DNA of 64,000 nucleotides from Eledone cirrhosa (Eukaryota): assembly GCA_964016885.1 (NCBI GenBank), contig OZ024747.1, positions 30,070,001 to 30,134,000 of the forward strand, given 5' to 3'. The stretch's first letter is position 1; each line of letters starts with the position of its first letter. The notes under the pieces were generated by a model that was not told the DNA's origin, searched no databases, and saw nothing but the letters and a program-made list of their open reading frames with translations. Below are positions 26,901 through 40,549 of this stretch, piece after piece. The translations under genes and the position numbers were made by a program.

Positions 26901-28087
26901 AGTTTTTCAACGTGTCGAAACATAATGTATAAACGCATTTTTTCCAAATACTGTGTAAAATGATCTATTTGTGAAAAAGCTAAAAAAATCAATTTTAGAA
27001 ATCAGAAGTAAATATTTCGAAAAGTATAAAAAAATTGATTATTTTAGGTTTTTCACAAATTGATCATTTTACACAGTATTTCGAAAAATTGTTTTTTTAC
27101 AAAAAACATTGATTTTTTTCCTTTCGAAAATTGATATATATTTTGTATTTTTCAAACACAATGTATAAACGCATTTTTTTGAAAAAAAACATTTTTTCCA
27201 AATACTCTGTAAAATGATCAATTTGTGAAAAACCTAAAAAAATCAATTTTAGAAGTCAGAAGTAAATATTTCGAAAAGTATAAAAAAAATTGATTATTTT
27301 AGGTTTTTCACAAATTGATAATTTTACACAATATTTCGAAAATTTGTTTTTTTTCAAAAAAGATTGATTTTTTTTCTATCGAAATATATACTTTCTGATT
27401 TCGAAAATTGATATACATTTTGTATTTTTCAAATATTTTTCAACGTGTTGAAACACAGTGTATAAACACATTCTTTTGAAAAAAAAACATTTTTTCCAAA
27501 TACTGTGAAAAAACCTAAAAAAATCAATTTTAGAAATTAGAAGTAAATATTTCGAAAAGTGTAAACAAATTGATTATTTTAGGTTTTTCACAAATTGATC
27601 ATTTTACACAGTATTTCGAAAAATTGTTTTTTTTCAAAAAAGATTGATTTTTTTCTTTTGAAATATCTACTTTCTGATTTCGAAAATTGTTATATATTTT
27701 GTATTTTTAAAAAATTTTTCAACGTGTATGTATAAATGTATAAACGCATTTTTTCCAAATACTGTGTAAAATGATCAATTTGTGAAAAACCTAAAAAAAT
27801 CAATTTTAGAAATCAGAAGTAAATATTTCGAAAAGTATAAAAAAATTGATTATTTTAGGTTTTTCACAAATTGATCATTTTACACAGTATTTCGAAAAAT
27901 TGTTTTTTTACAAAAAACATTGATTTTTTTTCTTTCGAAATATAGACTTTCTGATTTCGAAAATTTATATATATTTTGTATTTTTCAAACACAATGTATA
28001 AACGCATTTTTTTGAAAAAAAACATTTTTTCCAAATACTCTGTAAAATGATCAATTTGTGAAAAACCTAAAAAAATCAATTTTAGAA
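20060..28087. repeat. 4104-bp (~15-monomer) higher-order repeat, two adjacent copies (20060-23983, 24164-28087)
   Basis: ORF pairs 20486/24590, 21312/25416, 21576/25680, 21866/25970, 22432/26536 and 23760/27864 all differ by 4104. Confidence 0.93.
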
Positions 28088-31000
28088 GTCATAAGTAAAT
28101 ATTTCGAAAAGTATAAAAAAATTGATTATTTTAGGTTTTTCACAAATTGATCATTTTAAACAGTATTTCGAAAAATTATTTTTTTTCTCAAAACATTGAT
28201 TTTTTTCTTTCGGAATATATACTTTCTGATTTCGAAAATTGATATATATTTTGTATTTTTCAAACACAATGTATAAACGCATTTTTTTTAAAAAAAACAT
28301 TTTTTCCAAATACTGTGTAAATTGATCAATTCGTGAAAAAACCTAAAAAAATCAATTTTAGAAATCAGAAGTAAATATTTCGAAAAGTGTAAACAAATTG
28401 ATTATTTTAGGTTTTTCACAAATTGATCATTTTACACAGTATTTCGAAAAATTGTTTTTTTACAAAAAACATTGATTTTTTTTCTTTCGAAATATATACT
28501 TTCTGATTTCGAAAATTGATATATATTTTGTATTTTTCAAACACAATGTATAAACGCATTTTTTTAAAAAAAAACATTTTTTCCAAATACTGCGTAAATT
28601 GATCAATTCGTGAAAAAACCTAAAAAAATCAATTTTAGAAATCAGAAGTAAATATTTCGAAAAGTGTAAACAAATTGATTTTTTTAGGTTTTTCACAAAT
28701 TGATCATTTTACACAGTATTTCGAAAAATTGTTTTTTTTCAGAAAAGATTGATTTTTTTTCTTTTGAAATATCTACTTTCTGATTTCGAAAATTGTTATA
28801 TAATTTCTATTTTTAAAAAATTTTTCAGCGTGTATGTATAAATGTATAAACGCATTTTTTCAAAATACTGTGTAAAATGATCAATTTGTGAAAAACCTAA
28901 AAAAATCAATTTTAGAAGTCAGAAGTAAATATTTCGAAAAGTATAAAAAAATTGATTATTTTAGGTTCTTCACAAATTGATAATGTTACACAATATTTCG
29001 AAAATTTGTTTTTTTTCAAAAAAGATTGATTTTTTTTCTATCGAAATATATACTTTCTGATTTCGAAAATTGTATATACATTTTGTATTTTTCAAATATT
29101 TTTCAACGTGTTGAAACAGTGTATAAACGCATTCTTTTGAAAAAAAAACATTTTTTCCAAATACTGTGAAAAAACCTAAAAAAATCAATTTTAGAAATTA
29201 GAAGTAAATATTTCGAAAAGTGTAAACAAATTGATTATTTTAGGTTTTTCACAAATTGATCATTTTACACAGTATTTCGAAAAATTGTTTTTTTTCAAAA
29301 AAGATTGATTTTTTTCTTTTGAAATATCTACTTTCTGATTTCGAAAATTGTTATATATTTTGTATTTTTAAAAAATTTTTCAACGTGTATGTATAAATGT
29401 ATAAACGCATTTTTTCCAAATACTGTGTAAAATGATCAATTTGTGAAAAACCTAAAAAAATCAATTTTAGAAATCAGAAGTAAATATTTCGAAAAGTATA
29501 AAAAAATTGATTATTTTAGGTTTTTCACAAATTGATCATTTTACACAGTATTTCGAAAAATTGTTTTTTTACAAAAAACATTGATTTTTTTTCTTTCGAA
29601 ATATATACTTTCTGATTTCGAAAATTGATATACATTTTGTATTTTTCAAATATTTTTCAACGTGTTGAAACAAAGTGTATAAACGCATTTTTTTGAAAAA
29701 AAGACATTTTTTCCAAAAAAATCAATTTTAGAAATTAGAAGTAAATATTTCAAAAAGTGTAAACAAATTGATTATTTTAGGTTTTTCACAAATTGATCAT
29801 TTTACACAGTATTTGGAAAAATTGTTTTTTTTCAAAAAAGATTGATTTTTTTTCTTTTGAAATATCTACTTTCTGATTTCGAAAATTGTTATATATTTTG
29901 TATTTTTAAAAAGTTTTTCAACGTGTCGAAACATAATGTATAAACGCATTTTTTCCAAATACTGTGTGAAATGATCTATTTTTGAAAAAGCTAAAAAAAT
30001 CAATTTTAGAAATCGGAAGTAAATATTTCGAAAAGTATAAAAAAATTGATTATTTTAGGTTTTTCACAAATTGATCATTTTAAACAGTATTTCGAAAAAT
30101 TATTTTTTTTCCAAAAACATTGATTTTTTTCTTTCGGAATATATACTTTCTGATTTCGAAAATTGATATATATTTTGTATTTTTCAAACACAATGTATAA
30201 ACGCATTTTTTTGAAAAAAAACATTTTTTCCAAATACTGTGTAAAATGATCAATTTGTGAAAAAGCTAAATAAATCAATTTTAGAAATCGGAAGTAAATA
30301 TTTCGAAAAGTATAAAAAAATTGATTATTTTAGGTTTTTCACAAATTGATCATTTTACACAGTATTTCGAAAAATTGTTTTTTTACAAAAAACATTGATT
30401 TTTTTTCTTTCGAAATATATACTTTCTGATTTCGAAAATTGATATATATTTTGTATTTTTCAAACACAATGTATAAACGCATTTTTTTGAAAAAAAACAT
30501 TTTTTCCAAATACTCTGTAAAATGATCAATTTGTGAAAAACCTAAAAAAATCAATTTTAGAAGTCAGAAGTAAATATTTCGAAAAGTATAAAAAAAATTG
30601 ATTATTTTAGGTTTTTCACAAATTGATAATTTTACACAATATTTCGAAAATTTGTTTTTTTTCAAAAAAGATTGATTTTTTTTCTATCGAAATATATACT
30701 TTCTGATTTCGAAAATTGATATACATTTTGTATTTTTCAAATATTTTTCAACGTGTTGAAACACAGTGTATAAACACATTCTTTTGAAAAAAAAACATTT
30801 TTTCCAAATACTGTGAAAAAACCTAAAAAAATCAATTTTAGAAATTAGAAGTAAATATTTCGAAAAGTGTAAACAAATTGATTATTTTAGGTTTTTCACA
30901 AATTGATCATTTTACACAGTATTTCGAAAAATTGTTTTTTTTCAAAAAAGATTGATTTTTTTCTTTTGAAATATCTACTTTCTGATTTCGAAAATTGTTA

Positions 31001-33644
31001 TATATTTTGTATTTTTAAAAAATTTTTCAACGTGTATGTATAAATGTATAAACGCATTTTTTCCAAATACTGTGTAAAATGATCAATTTGTGAAAAACCT
31101 AAAAAAATCAATTTTAGAAATCAGAAGTAAATATTTCGAAAAGTATAAAAAAATTGATTATTTTAGGTTTTTCACAAATTGATCATTTTACACAGTATTT
31201 CGAAAAATTGTTTTTTTACAAAAAACATTGATTTTTTTTCTTTCGAAATATAGACTTTCTGATTTCGAAAATTGATATATATTTTGTATTTTTCAAACAC
31301 AATGTATAAACGCATTTTTTTGAAAAAAAACATTTTTTCCAAATACTCTGTAAAATGATCAATTTGTGAAAAACCTAAAAAAATCAATTTTAGAAGTCAT
31401 AAGTAAATATTTCGAAAAGTATAAAAAAATTGATTATTTTAGGTTTTTCACAAATTGATCATTTTAAACAGTATTTCGAAAAATTATTTTTTTTCTCAAA
31501 ACATTGATTTTTTTCTTTCGGAATATATACTTTCTGATTTCGAAAATTGATATATATTTTGTATTTTTCAAACACAATGTATAAACGCATTTTTTTAAAA
31601 AAAAACATTTTTTCCAAATACTGTGTAAATTGATCAATTCGTGAAAAAACCTAAAAAAATCAATTTTAGAAATCAGAAGTAAATATTTCGAAAAGTGTAA
31701 ACAAATTGATTATTTTAGGTTTTTCACAAATTGATCATTTTACACAGTATTTCGAAAAATTGTTTTTTTACAAAAAACATTGATTTTTTTTCTTTCGAAA
31801 TATATACTTTCTGATTTCGAAAATTGATATATATTTTGTATTTTTCAAACACAATGTATAAACGCATTTTTTTAAAAAAAAACATTTTTTCCAAATACTG
31901 TGTAAATTGATCAATTCGTGAAAAAACCTAAAAAAATCAATTTTAGAAATCAGAAGTAAATATTTCGAAAAGTGTAAACAAATTGATTTTTTTAGGTTTT
32001 TCACAAATTGATCATTTTACACAGTATTTCGAAAAATTGTTTTTTTTCAGAAAAGATTGATTTTTTTTCTTTTGAAATATCTACTTTCTGATTTCGAAAA
32101 TTGTTATATATTTTGTATTTTTAAAAAATTTTTCAACGTGTTGAAACAGTGTATAAACGCATTCTTTTGAAAAAAAAACATTTTTTCCAAATACTGTGAA
32201 AAAACCTAAAAAAATCAATTTTAGAAATTAGAAGTAAATATTTCGAAAAGTGTAAACAAATTGATTATTTTAGGTTTTTCACAAATTGATCATTTTACAC
32301 AGAATTTCGAAAAATTGTTTTTTTTCAAAAAAGATTGATTTTTTTCTTTTGAAATATCTACTTTCTGATTTCGAAAATTGTTATATATTTTGTATTTTTA
32401 AAAAATTTTTCAACGTGTATGTATAAATGTATAAACGCATTTTTTCCAAATACTGTGTAAAATGATCAATTTGTGAAAAACCTAAAAAAATCAATTTTAG
32501 AAATCAGAAGTAAATATTTCGAAAAGTATAAAAAAATTGATTATTTTAGGTTTTTCACAAATTGATCATTTTACACAGTATTTCGAAAAATTGTTTTTTT
32601 ACAAAAAACATTGATTTTTTTTCTTTCGAAATATAGACTTTCTGATTTCGAAAATTGATATATATTTTGTATTTTTCAAACACAATGTATAAACGCATTT
32701 TTTTGAAAAAAAACATTTTTTCCAAATACTCTGTAAAATGATCAATTTGTGAAAAACCTAAAAAAATCAATTTTAGAAGTCAGAAGTAAATATTTCGAAA
32801 AGTATAAAAAAATTGATTATTTTAGGTTTTTGATAATTTTACACAATATTTCGAAAATTTTTGTTGATTTTTGTTCTTTTGAAATATCTACTTTCTGATT
32901 TCGAAAATTGTTATATATTTTGTATTTTTAAAAAATTTTTCAGCGTGTATGTATAAATGTATAAACGCATTTTTTCCAAATACTGTGTAAAATGATCAAT
33001 TTGTGAAAAACCTAAAAAAATCAATTTTAGAAATCAGAGGTAAATATTTCGAAAAAATTGATTATTTTAGGTTTTTCACAAATTGATCATTTTACACAGT
33101 ATTTCGAAAAATTGTTTTTTTACAAAAAACATTGATTTTTTTTCTTTCGAAATATATATTTTCTGATTTCGAAAATTGATATATATTTTGTATTTTTCAA
33201 ACACAATGTATAAACGCATTTTTTTGAAAAAAAACATTTTTTCCAAATACTCTGTAAAATGATCAATTTGTGAAAAACCTAAAAAAATCAATTTTAGGTC
33301 AGAAGTAAATATTTCGAAAAGTATAAAAAAATTGATTATTTTAGGTTTTTCACAAATTGATAATTTTACACAATATTTCGAAAATTTGTTTTTTTTCTAT
33401 CGAAATATATACTTTCTGATTTCGAAAATTGATATACATTTTGTATTTTTCAAATATTTTTCAACGTCTGTGAAAAAACCTAAAAAAATCAATTTTAGAA
33501 ATTAGAAGTAAATATTTCGAAAAGTGTAAACAAATTGATTATTTTAGGTTTTTCACAAATTGATCATTTTACACAGTATTTCGAAAAATTGTTTTTTTTC
33601 AAAAAAGATTGATTTTTTTCTTTTGAAATATCTACTTTCTGATT

Positions 33645-36144
33645 TCGAAAATTGATATATATTTTGTATTTTTCAAACACAATGTATAAACGCATTTTTT
33701 TGAAAAATAACATTTTTTCCAAATACTCTGTAAAATGATCAATTTGTGAAAAACCTAAAAAAATCAATTTTAGAAGTCAGAAGTAAATATTTCGAAAAGT
33801 ATAAAAAAATTGATTATTTTAGGTTTTTGATAATTTTACACAATATTTCGAAAATTTGTTTTTTTTCAAAAAAGATTGATTTTTTTTCTTTTGAAATATC
33901 TACTTTCTGATTTCGAAAATTGTTATATATTTTGTATTTTTAAAAAGTTTTTCAATGTGTCGAAACATAATGTATAAACGCATTTTTTCCAAATACTGTG
34001 TAAAATGATCTATTTGTGAAAAAGCTAAAAAAATCAATTTTACAAATCGGAAGTAAATATTTCGAAACAGTATAAAAAAATTGATTATTTTAGGTTTTTC
34101 ACAAATTGATCATTTTAAACAGTATTTCGAAAAATTATTTTTTTTCCCAAAACATTGATTTTTTTCTTTCGGAATATATACTTTCTGATTTCGAAAATTG
34201 ATATATATTTTGTATTTTTCAAACACAATGTATAAACGCATTTTTTTGAAAAAAAACATTTTTTCCAAATACTGTGTAAAATGATCAATTTGTGAAAAAC
34301 CTAAAAAAATCAATTTTAGAAATCAGAAGTAACTATTTCGAAAAGTGTAAACAAATTGATTATTTTAGGTTTTTCACAAATTGATCATTTTACACAGTAT
34401 TTCGAAAAATTGTTTTTTTTCAAAAAAGATTGGTTCTTTTTTCTTTCGAAATATCTACTTTCTGATTTCGAAAATTGTTATATATTTTGTATTTTTAAAA
34501 AATTTTTCAACGTGTATGTATAAATGTATAAACGCATTTTTTCCAAATACTGTGTAAAATGATCAATTTGTGAAAAACCTAAAAAAATCAATTTTAGAAA
34601 TCAGAAGTAAATATTTCGAAAAGTATAAAAAAATTGATTATTTTAGGTTTTTCACAAATTGATCATTTTACACAGTATTTCGAAAAATTGTTTTTTTACA
34701 AAAAACATTGATTTTTTTTCTTTCGAAATATAGACTTTCTGATTTCGAAAATTGATATATATTTTGTATTTTTCAAACACAATGTATAAACGCATTTTTT
34801 TGAAAAAAAACATTTTTTCCAAATACTCTGTAAAATGATCAATTTGTGAAAAACCTAAAAAAATCAATTTTAGAAGTCAGAAGTAAATATTTCGAAAAGT
34901 ATAAAAAAATTGATTATTTTAGGTTTTTGATAATTTTACACAATATTTCGAAAATTTGTTTTTTTTCAAAAAAGATTGATTTTTTTTCTTTTGAAATATC
35001 TACTGTCTGATTTCGAAAATTGTTATATATTTTGTATTTTTAAAAAGTTTTTCAATGTGTCGAAACATAATGTATAAACGCATTTTTTCCAAATACTGTG
35101 TAAAATGATCTATTTGTGAAAAAGCTAAAAAAATCAATTTTACAAATCGGAAGTAAATATTTCGAAAAGTATAAAAAAATTGATTATTTTAGGTTTTTCA
35201 CAAATTGATCATTTTAAACAGTATTTCGAAAAATTATTTTTTTTCCCAAAACATTGATTTTTTTCTTTCGGAATATATACTTTCTGATTTCGAAAATTGA
35301 TATATATTTTGTATTTTTCAAACACAATGTATAAACGCATTTTTTTGAAAAAAAACATTTTTTCCAAATACTGTGTAAAATGATCAATTTGTGAAAAACC
35401 TAAAAAAATCAATTTTAGAAATCAGAAGTAAATATTTCGAAAAGTGTAAACAAATTGATTATTTTAGGTTTTTCACAAATTGATCATTTTACACAGTATT
35501 TCGAAAAATTGTTTTTTTTCAAAAAAGATTGGTTCTTTTTTCTTTCGAAATATCTACTTTCTGATTTCGAAAATTGTTATATATTTTGTATTTTTAAAAA
35601 ATTTTTCAGCGTGTATGTATAAATGTATAAACGCATTTTTTCCAAATACTGTGTAAAATGATCAATTTGTGAAAAACCTAAAAAAATCAATTTTAGAAAT
35701 CAGAAGTAAATATTTCGAAAAGTATAAAAAAATTGATTATTTTAGGTTTTTCACAAATTGATCATTTTACATAGTATTTCGAAAATTTGTTTTTTTACAA
35801 AAAACATTGATTTTTTTTCTTTCGAAATATAGACTTTCTGATTTCGAAAATTGATATATATTTTGTATTTTTCAAACACAATGTATAAACGCATTTTTTT
35901 GAAAAAAAACATTTTTTCCAAATACTCTGTAAAATGATCAATTTGTGAAAAACCTAAAAAAATCAATTTTAGAAGTCAGAAGTAAATATTTCGAAAAGTA
36001 TAAAAAAATTGATTATTTTAGGTTTTTGATAATTTTACACAATATTTCGAAAATTTGTTTTTTTTCAAAAAAGATTGATTTTTTTTCTTTTGAAATATCT
36101 ACTTTCTGATTTCGAAAATTGTTATATATTTTGTATTTTTAAAA
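33645..36144. repeat. 1099-bp 4-monomer higher-order repeat, ~2.3 periods (again at ~57950-60450)
   Basis: ORF pairs 34110/35209 and 34652/35751 differ by 1099. The variants 'tttacaaatcgg', 'ttcccaaaac' and 'gattggttct' recur at this spacing. Confidence 0.85.
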
Positions 36145-36259
36145 AATTTTTCAGCGTGTATGTTTTTTCCAAATACTGTGTAAAATGATCAATTTGTGAA
36201 AAACCTAAAAAAATCAATTTTAGAAATCAGAAGTAAATATTTCAAAAAGTATAAAAAAA

Positions 36260-37370
36260 TTGATTATTTTAGGTTTTTCACAAATTGATCATTTTACACA
36301 GTATTTCGAAAAATTGTTTTTTTACAAAAAACATTGATTTTTTTTCTTTCGAAATATAGACTTTCTGATTTCGAAAATTGATATATATTTTGTATTTTTC
36401 AAACACAATGTATAAACGCATTTTTTTGAAAAAAAGCATTTTTTCCAAATACTGTGTAAATTGATCAATTTGTGAAAAACCTAAAAAAATCAATTCTAGA
36501 AATCAAAAGTAAATATTTCGAAAAGTGTAAACAAATTGATTATTTTAGGTTTTTCACAAATTGATCATTTTACACAGTACTTCGAAAAATTTTTTTTTTT
36601 CAAAAAAGATTGATTTTTTTTCTTTCGAAATATATACTTTCTGATTTCGAAAATTGTTATATATTTTGTATTTTTAAAAAGTTTTTCAACGTGTCGAAAC
36701 ATAATGTATAAACGCATTTTTTCCAAATACTGTGTAAAATGATCAATTTGTGAAAAACCTAAAAAAATCAATTTTAGAAATCAGAAGTAAATATTTCGAA
36801 AAGTATAAAAAAATTGATTATTTTAGGTTTTTCACAAATTGATCATTTTACACAGTATTTCGAAAAATTGTTTTTTTACAAAAAGCATTGATTTTTTTTC
36901 TTTCGAAATATAGACTTTCTGATTTCGAAAATTGATATATATTTTGTATTTTTCAAACACAATGTATAAACGCATTTTTTTGAAAAAAAGCATTTTTTCC
37001 AAATACTGTGTAAATTGATCAATTTGTGAAAAACCTAAAAAAATCAATTCTAGAAATCAAAAGTAAATATTTCGAAAAGTGTAAACAAATTGATTATTTT
37101 AGGTTTTTCACAAATTGATCATTTTACACAGTATTTCGAAAAATTTTTTTTTTTCAAAAAAGATTGATTTTTTTTCTTTCGAAATATCTACTTTCTGATT
37201 TCGAAAATTGTTATATATTTTGTATTTTTAAAAAGTTTTTCAACGTGTCGAAACATAATGTATAAACGCATTTTTTCCAAATACTGTGTAAAATGATCAA
37301 TTTGTGAAAAACCTAAAAAAATCAATTTTAGAAATCAGAAGTAAATATTTCGAAAAGTATAAAAAAATTG
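36260..37370. repeat. 554-bp 2-monomer higher-order repeat, two copies (again at ~60567-61680; a single copy at ~490-1045)
   Basis: ORFs 36278/36832 and 60585/61139 differ by 554. The copies share the variants 'aaaagcatttt', 'aattctagaaatcaaaag' and a long T run after 'ttcgaaaaa'. Confidence 0.85.
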
Positions 37371-40300
37371 ATTATTTTAGGTTTTTCACAAATTGATCAT
37401 TTTACACAGTATTTCGAAAAATTGTTTTTTTACAAAAAACATTGATTTTTTTTCTTTCGAAATATATACTTTCTGATTTCGAAAATTGATATACATTTTG
37501 TATTTTTCAAATATTTTTCAACGTGTTGAAACAGTGTGTAAATGCATTCTTTTGAAAAAAAAACATTTTTTCCAAATACTGTGAAAAAACCTAAAAAAAT
37601 CAATTTTAGAAATTAGAAGTAAATATTTCGAAAAGTGTAAACAAATTGATTATTTTAGGTTTTTCACAAATTGATCATTTTAAACAGTATTTCGAAAAAT
37701 TATTTTTTTTCCCAAAACATTGATTTTTTTCTTTCGGAATATATACTTTCTGATTTCGAAAATTGATATATATTTTGTATTTTTCAAACACAATGTATAA
37801 ACGCATTTTTTTGAAAAAAAACATTTTTTCCAAATACTGTGTAAATTGATCAATTTGTGAAAAAACCTAAAAAAATCAATTTTAGAAATCAGAAGTAAAT
37901 ATTTCGAAAAGTATAAAAAAATTGTTTATTTTAGGTTTTTCACAAATTGATCATTTTACACAGTATTTCGAGAAATTGTTTTTTTACAAAAAACATTGAT
38001 TTTTTTTCTTTCGAAATATATACTTTCTGATTTACTACTTGATATATATTTTGTATTTTTCAAACACAATGTATAAACGCATTTTTTTGAAAAAAAACAT
38101 TTTTTCCAAATACTCTGTAAAATGATCAATTTGTGAAAAACCTAAAAAAATCAATTTTAGAAGTCAGAAGTAAATATTTCGAAAAGTATAAAAAAAATTG
38201 ATTATTTTAGGTTTTTCACAAATTGATAATTTTACACAATATTTCGAAAATTTGTTTTTTTTCAAAAAAGATTGATTTTTTTTCTATCGAAATATCTACT
38301 TTCTGATTTCGAAAATTGATATACATTTTGTATTTTTCAAACACAATGTATAAACGCATTTTTTTGAAAAAAAACATTTTTTCCAAATACTCTGTAAAAT
38401 GATCAATTTGTGAAAAACCTAAAAAAATCAATTTTAGAAGTCATAAGTAAATATTTCGAAAAGTATAAAAAAATTGATTATTTTAGGTTTTTCACAAATT
38501 GATCATTTTAAACAGTATTTCGAAAAATTATTTTTTTTCTCAAAACATTGATTTTTTTCTTTCGGAATATATACTTTCTGATTTCGAAAATTGATATATA
38601 TTTTGTATTTTTCAAACACAATGTATAAACGCATTTTTTTAAAAAAAAACATTTTTTCCAAATACTGTGTAAATTGATCAATTCGTGAAAAAACCTAAAA
38701 AAATCAATTTTAGAAATCAGAAGTAAATATTTCGAAAAGTGTAAACAAATTGATTATTTTAGGTTTTTCACAAATTGATCATTTTACACAGTATTTCGAA
38801 AAATTGTTTTTTTACAAAAAACATTGATTTTTTTTCTTTCGAAATATATACTTTCTGATTTCGAAAATTGATATATATTTTGTATTTTTCAAACACAATG
38901 TATAAACGCATTTTTTTAAAAAAAAACATTTTTTCCAAATACTGTGTAAATTGATCAATTCGTGAAAAAACCTAAAAAAATCAATTTTAGAAATCAGAAG
39001 TAAATATTTCGAAAAGTGTAAACAAATTGATTTTTTTAGGTTTTTCACAAATTGATCATTTTACACAGTATTTCGAAAAATTGTTTTTTTTCAGAAAAGA
39101 TTGATTTTTTTTCTTTTGAAATATCTACTTTCTGATTTCGAAAATTGTTATATATTTTGTATTTTTAAAAAATTTTTCAACGTGTTGAAACAGTGTATAA
39201 ACGCATTCTTTTGAAAAAAAAACATTTTTTCCAAATACTGTGAAAAAACCTAAAAAAATCAATTTTAGAAATTAGAAGTAAATATTTCGAAAAGTGTAAA
39301 CAAATTGATTATTTTAGGTTTTTCACAAATTGATCATTTTACACAGTATTTCGAAAAATTGTTTTTTTTCAAAAAAGATTGATTTTTTTTCTTTTGAAAT
39401 ATCTACTTTCTGATTTCGAAAATTGTTATATATTTTGTATTTTTAAAAAATTTTTCAACGTGTATGTATAAATGTATAAACGCATTTTTTCCAAATACTG
39501 TGTAAAATGATCAATTTGTGAAAAACCTAAAAAAATCAATTTTAGAAATCAGAAGTAAATATTTCGAAAAGTATAAAAAAATTGATTATTTTAGGTTTTT
39601 CACAAATTGATCATTTTACACAGTATTTCGAAAAATTGTTTTTTTACAAAAAACATTGATTTTTTTTCTTTCGAAATATAGACTTTCTGATTTCGAAAAT
39701 TGATATATATTTTGTATTTTTCAAACACAATGTATAAACGCATTTTTTTGAAAAAAAACATTTTTTCCAAATACTCTGTAAAATGATCAATTTGTGAAAA
39801 ACCTAAAAAAATCAATTTTAGAAGTCAGAAGTAAATATTTCGAAAAGTATAAAAAAATTGATTATTTTAGGTTTTTGATAATTTTACACAATATTTCGAA
39901 AATTTGTTTTTTTTCAAAAAAGATTGATTTTTTTTCTTTTGAAATATCTACTTTCTGATTTCGAAAATTGTTATATATTTTGTATTTTTAAAAAATTTTT
40001 CAGCGTGTATGTATAAACGCATTTTTTCCAAATACTGTGTAAAATGATCAATTTGTGAAAAACCTAAAAAAATCAATTTTAGAAATCAGAAGTAAATATT
40101 TCGAAAAGTGTAAACAAATTGATTATTTTAGGTTTTTCACAAATTGATCATTTTACACAGTATTTCGAAAAATTGTTTTTTTACAAAAAACATTGATTTT
40201 TTTTCTTTCGAAATATATACTTTCTGATTTCGAAAATTGATATATATTTTGTATTTTTCAAACACAATGTATAAACGCATTTTTTAAAAAAAAAACATTT

Positions 40301-40549
40301 TTTCCAAATACTGTGTAAATTGATCAATTCGTGAAAAAACCTAAAAAAATCAATTTTAGAAATCAGAAGTAAATATTTCGAAAAGTGTAAACAAATTGAT
40401 TTTTTTAGGTTTTTCACAAATTGATCATTTTACACAGTATTTCGAAAAATTGTTTTTTTTCAGAAAAGATTGATTTTTTTTCTTTTGAAATATCTACTTT
40501 CTGATTTCGAAAATTGTTATATAATTTCTATTTTTAAAAAATTTTTCAG

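Larger units (their letters stand above)
16243..40549. repeat. 24,307-bp tandem duplication, copy 1
   Basis: Every ORF from 16384 to 36832 has a partner exactly 24307 bp downstream (16384/40691, 21576/45883, 30075/54382, 33564/57871, 36832/61139). Rare variants are shared, e.g. 'cacaaatagat' 20218/44525 and 'tttactactt' ~38031/~62338. The left boundary falls at 'aacgtg' versus 'agcgtg'. Confidence 0.95.
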
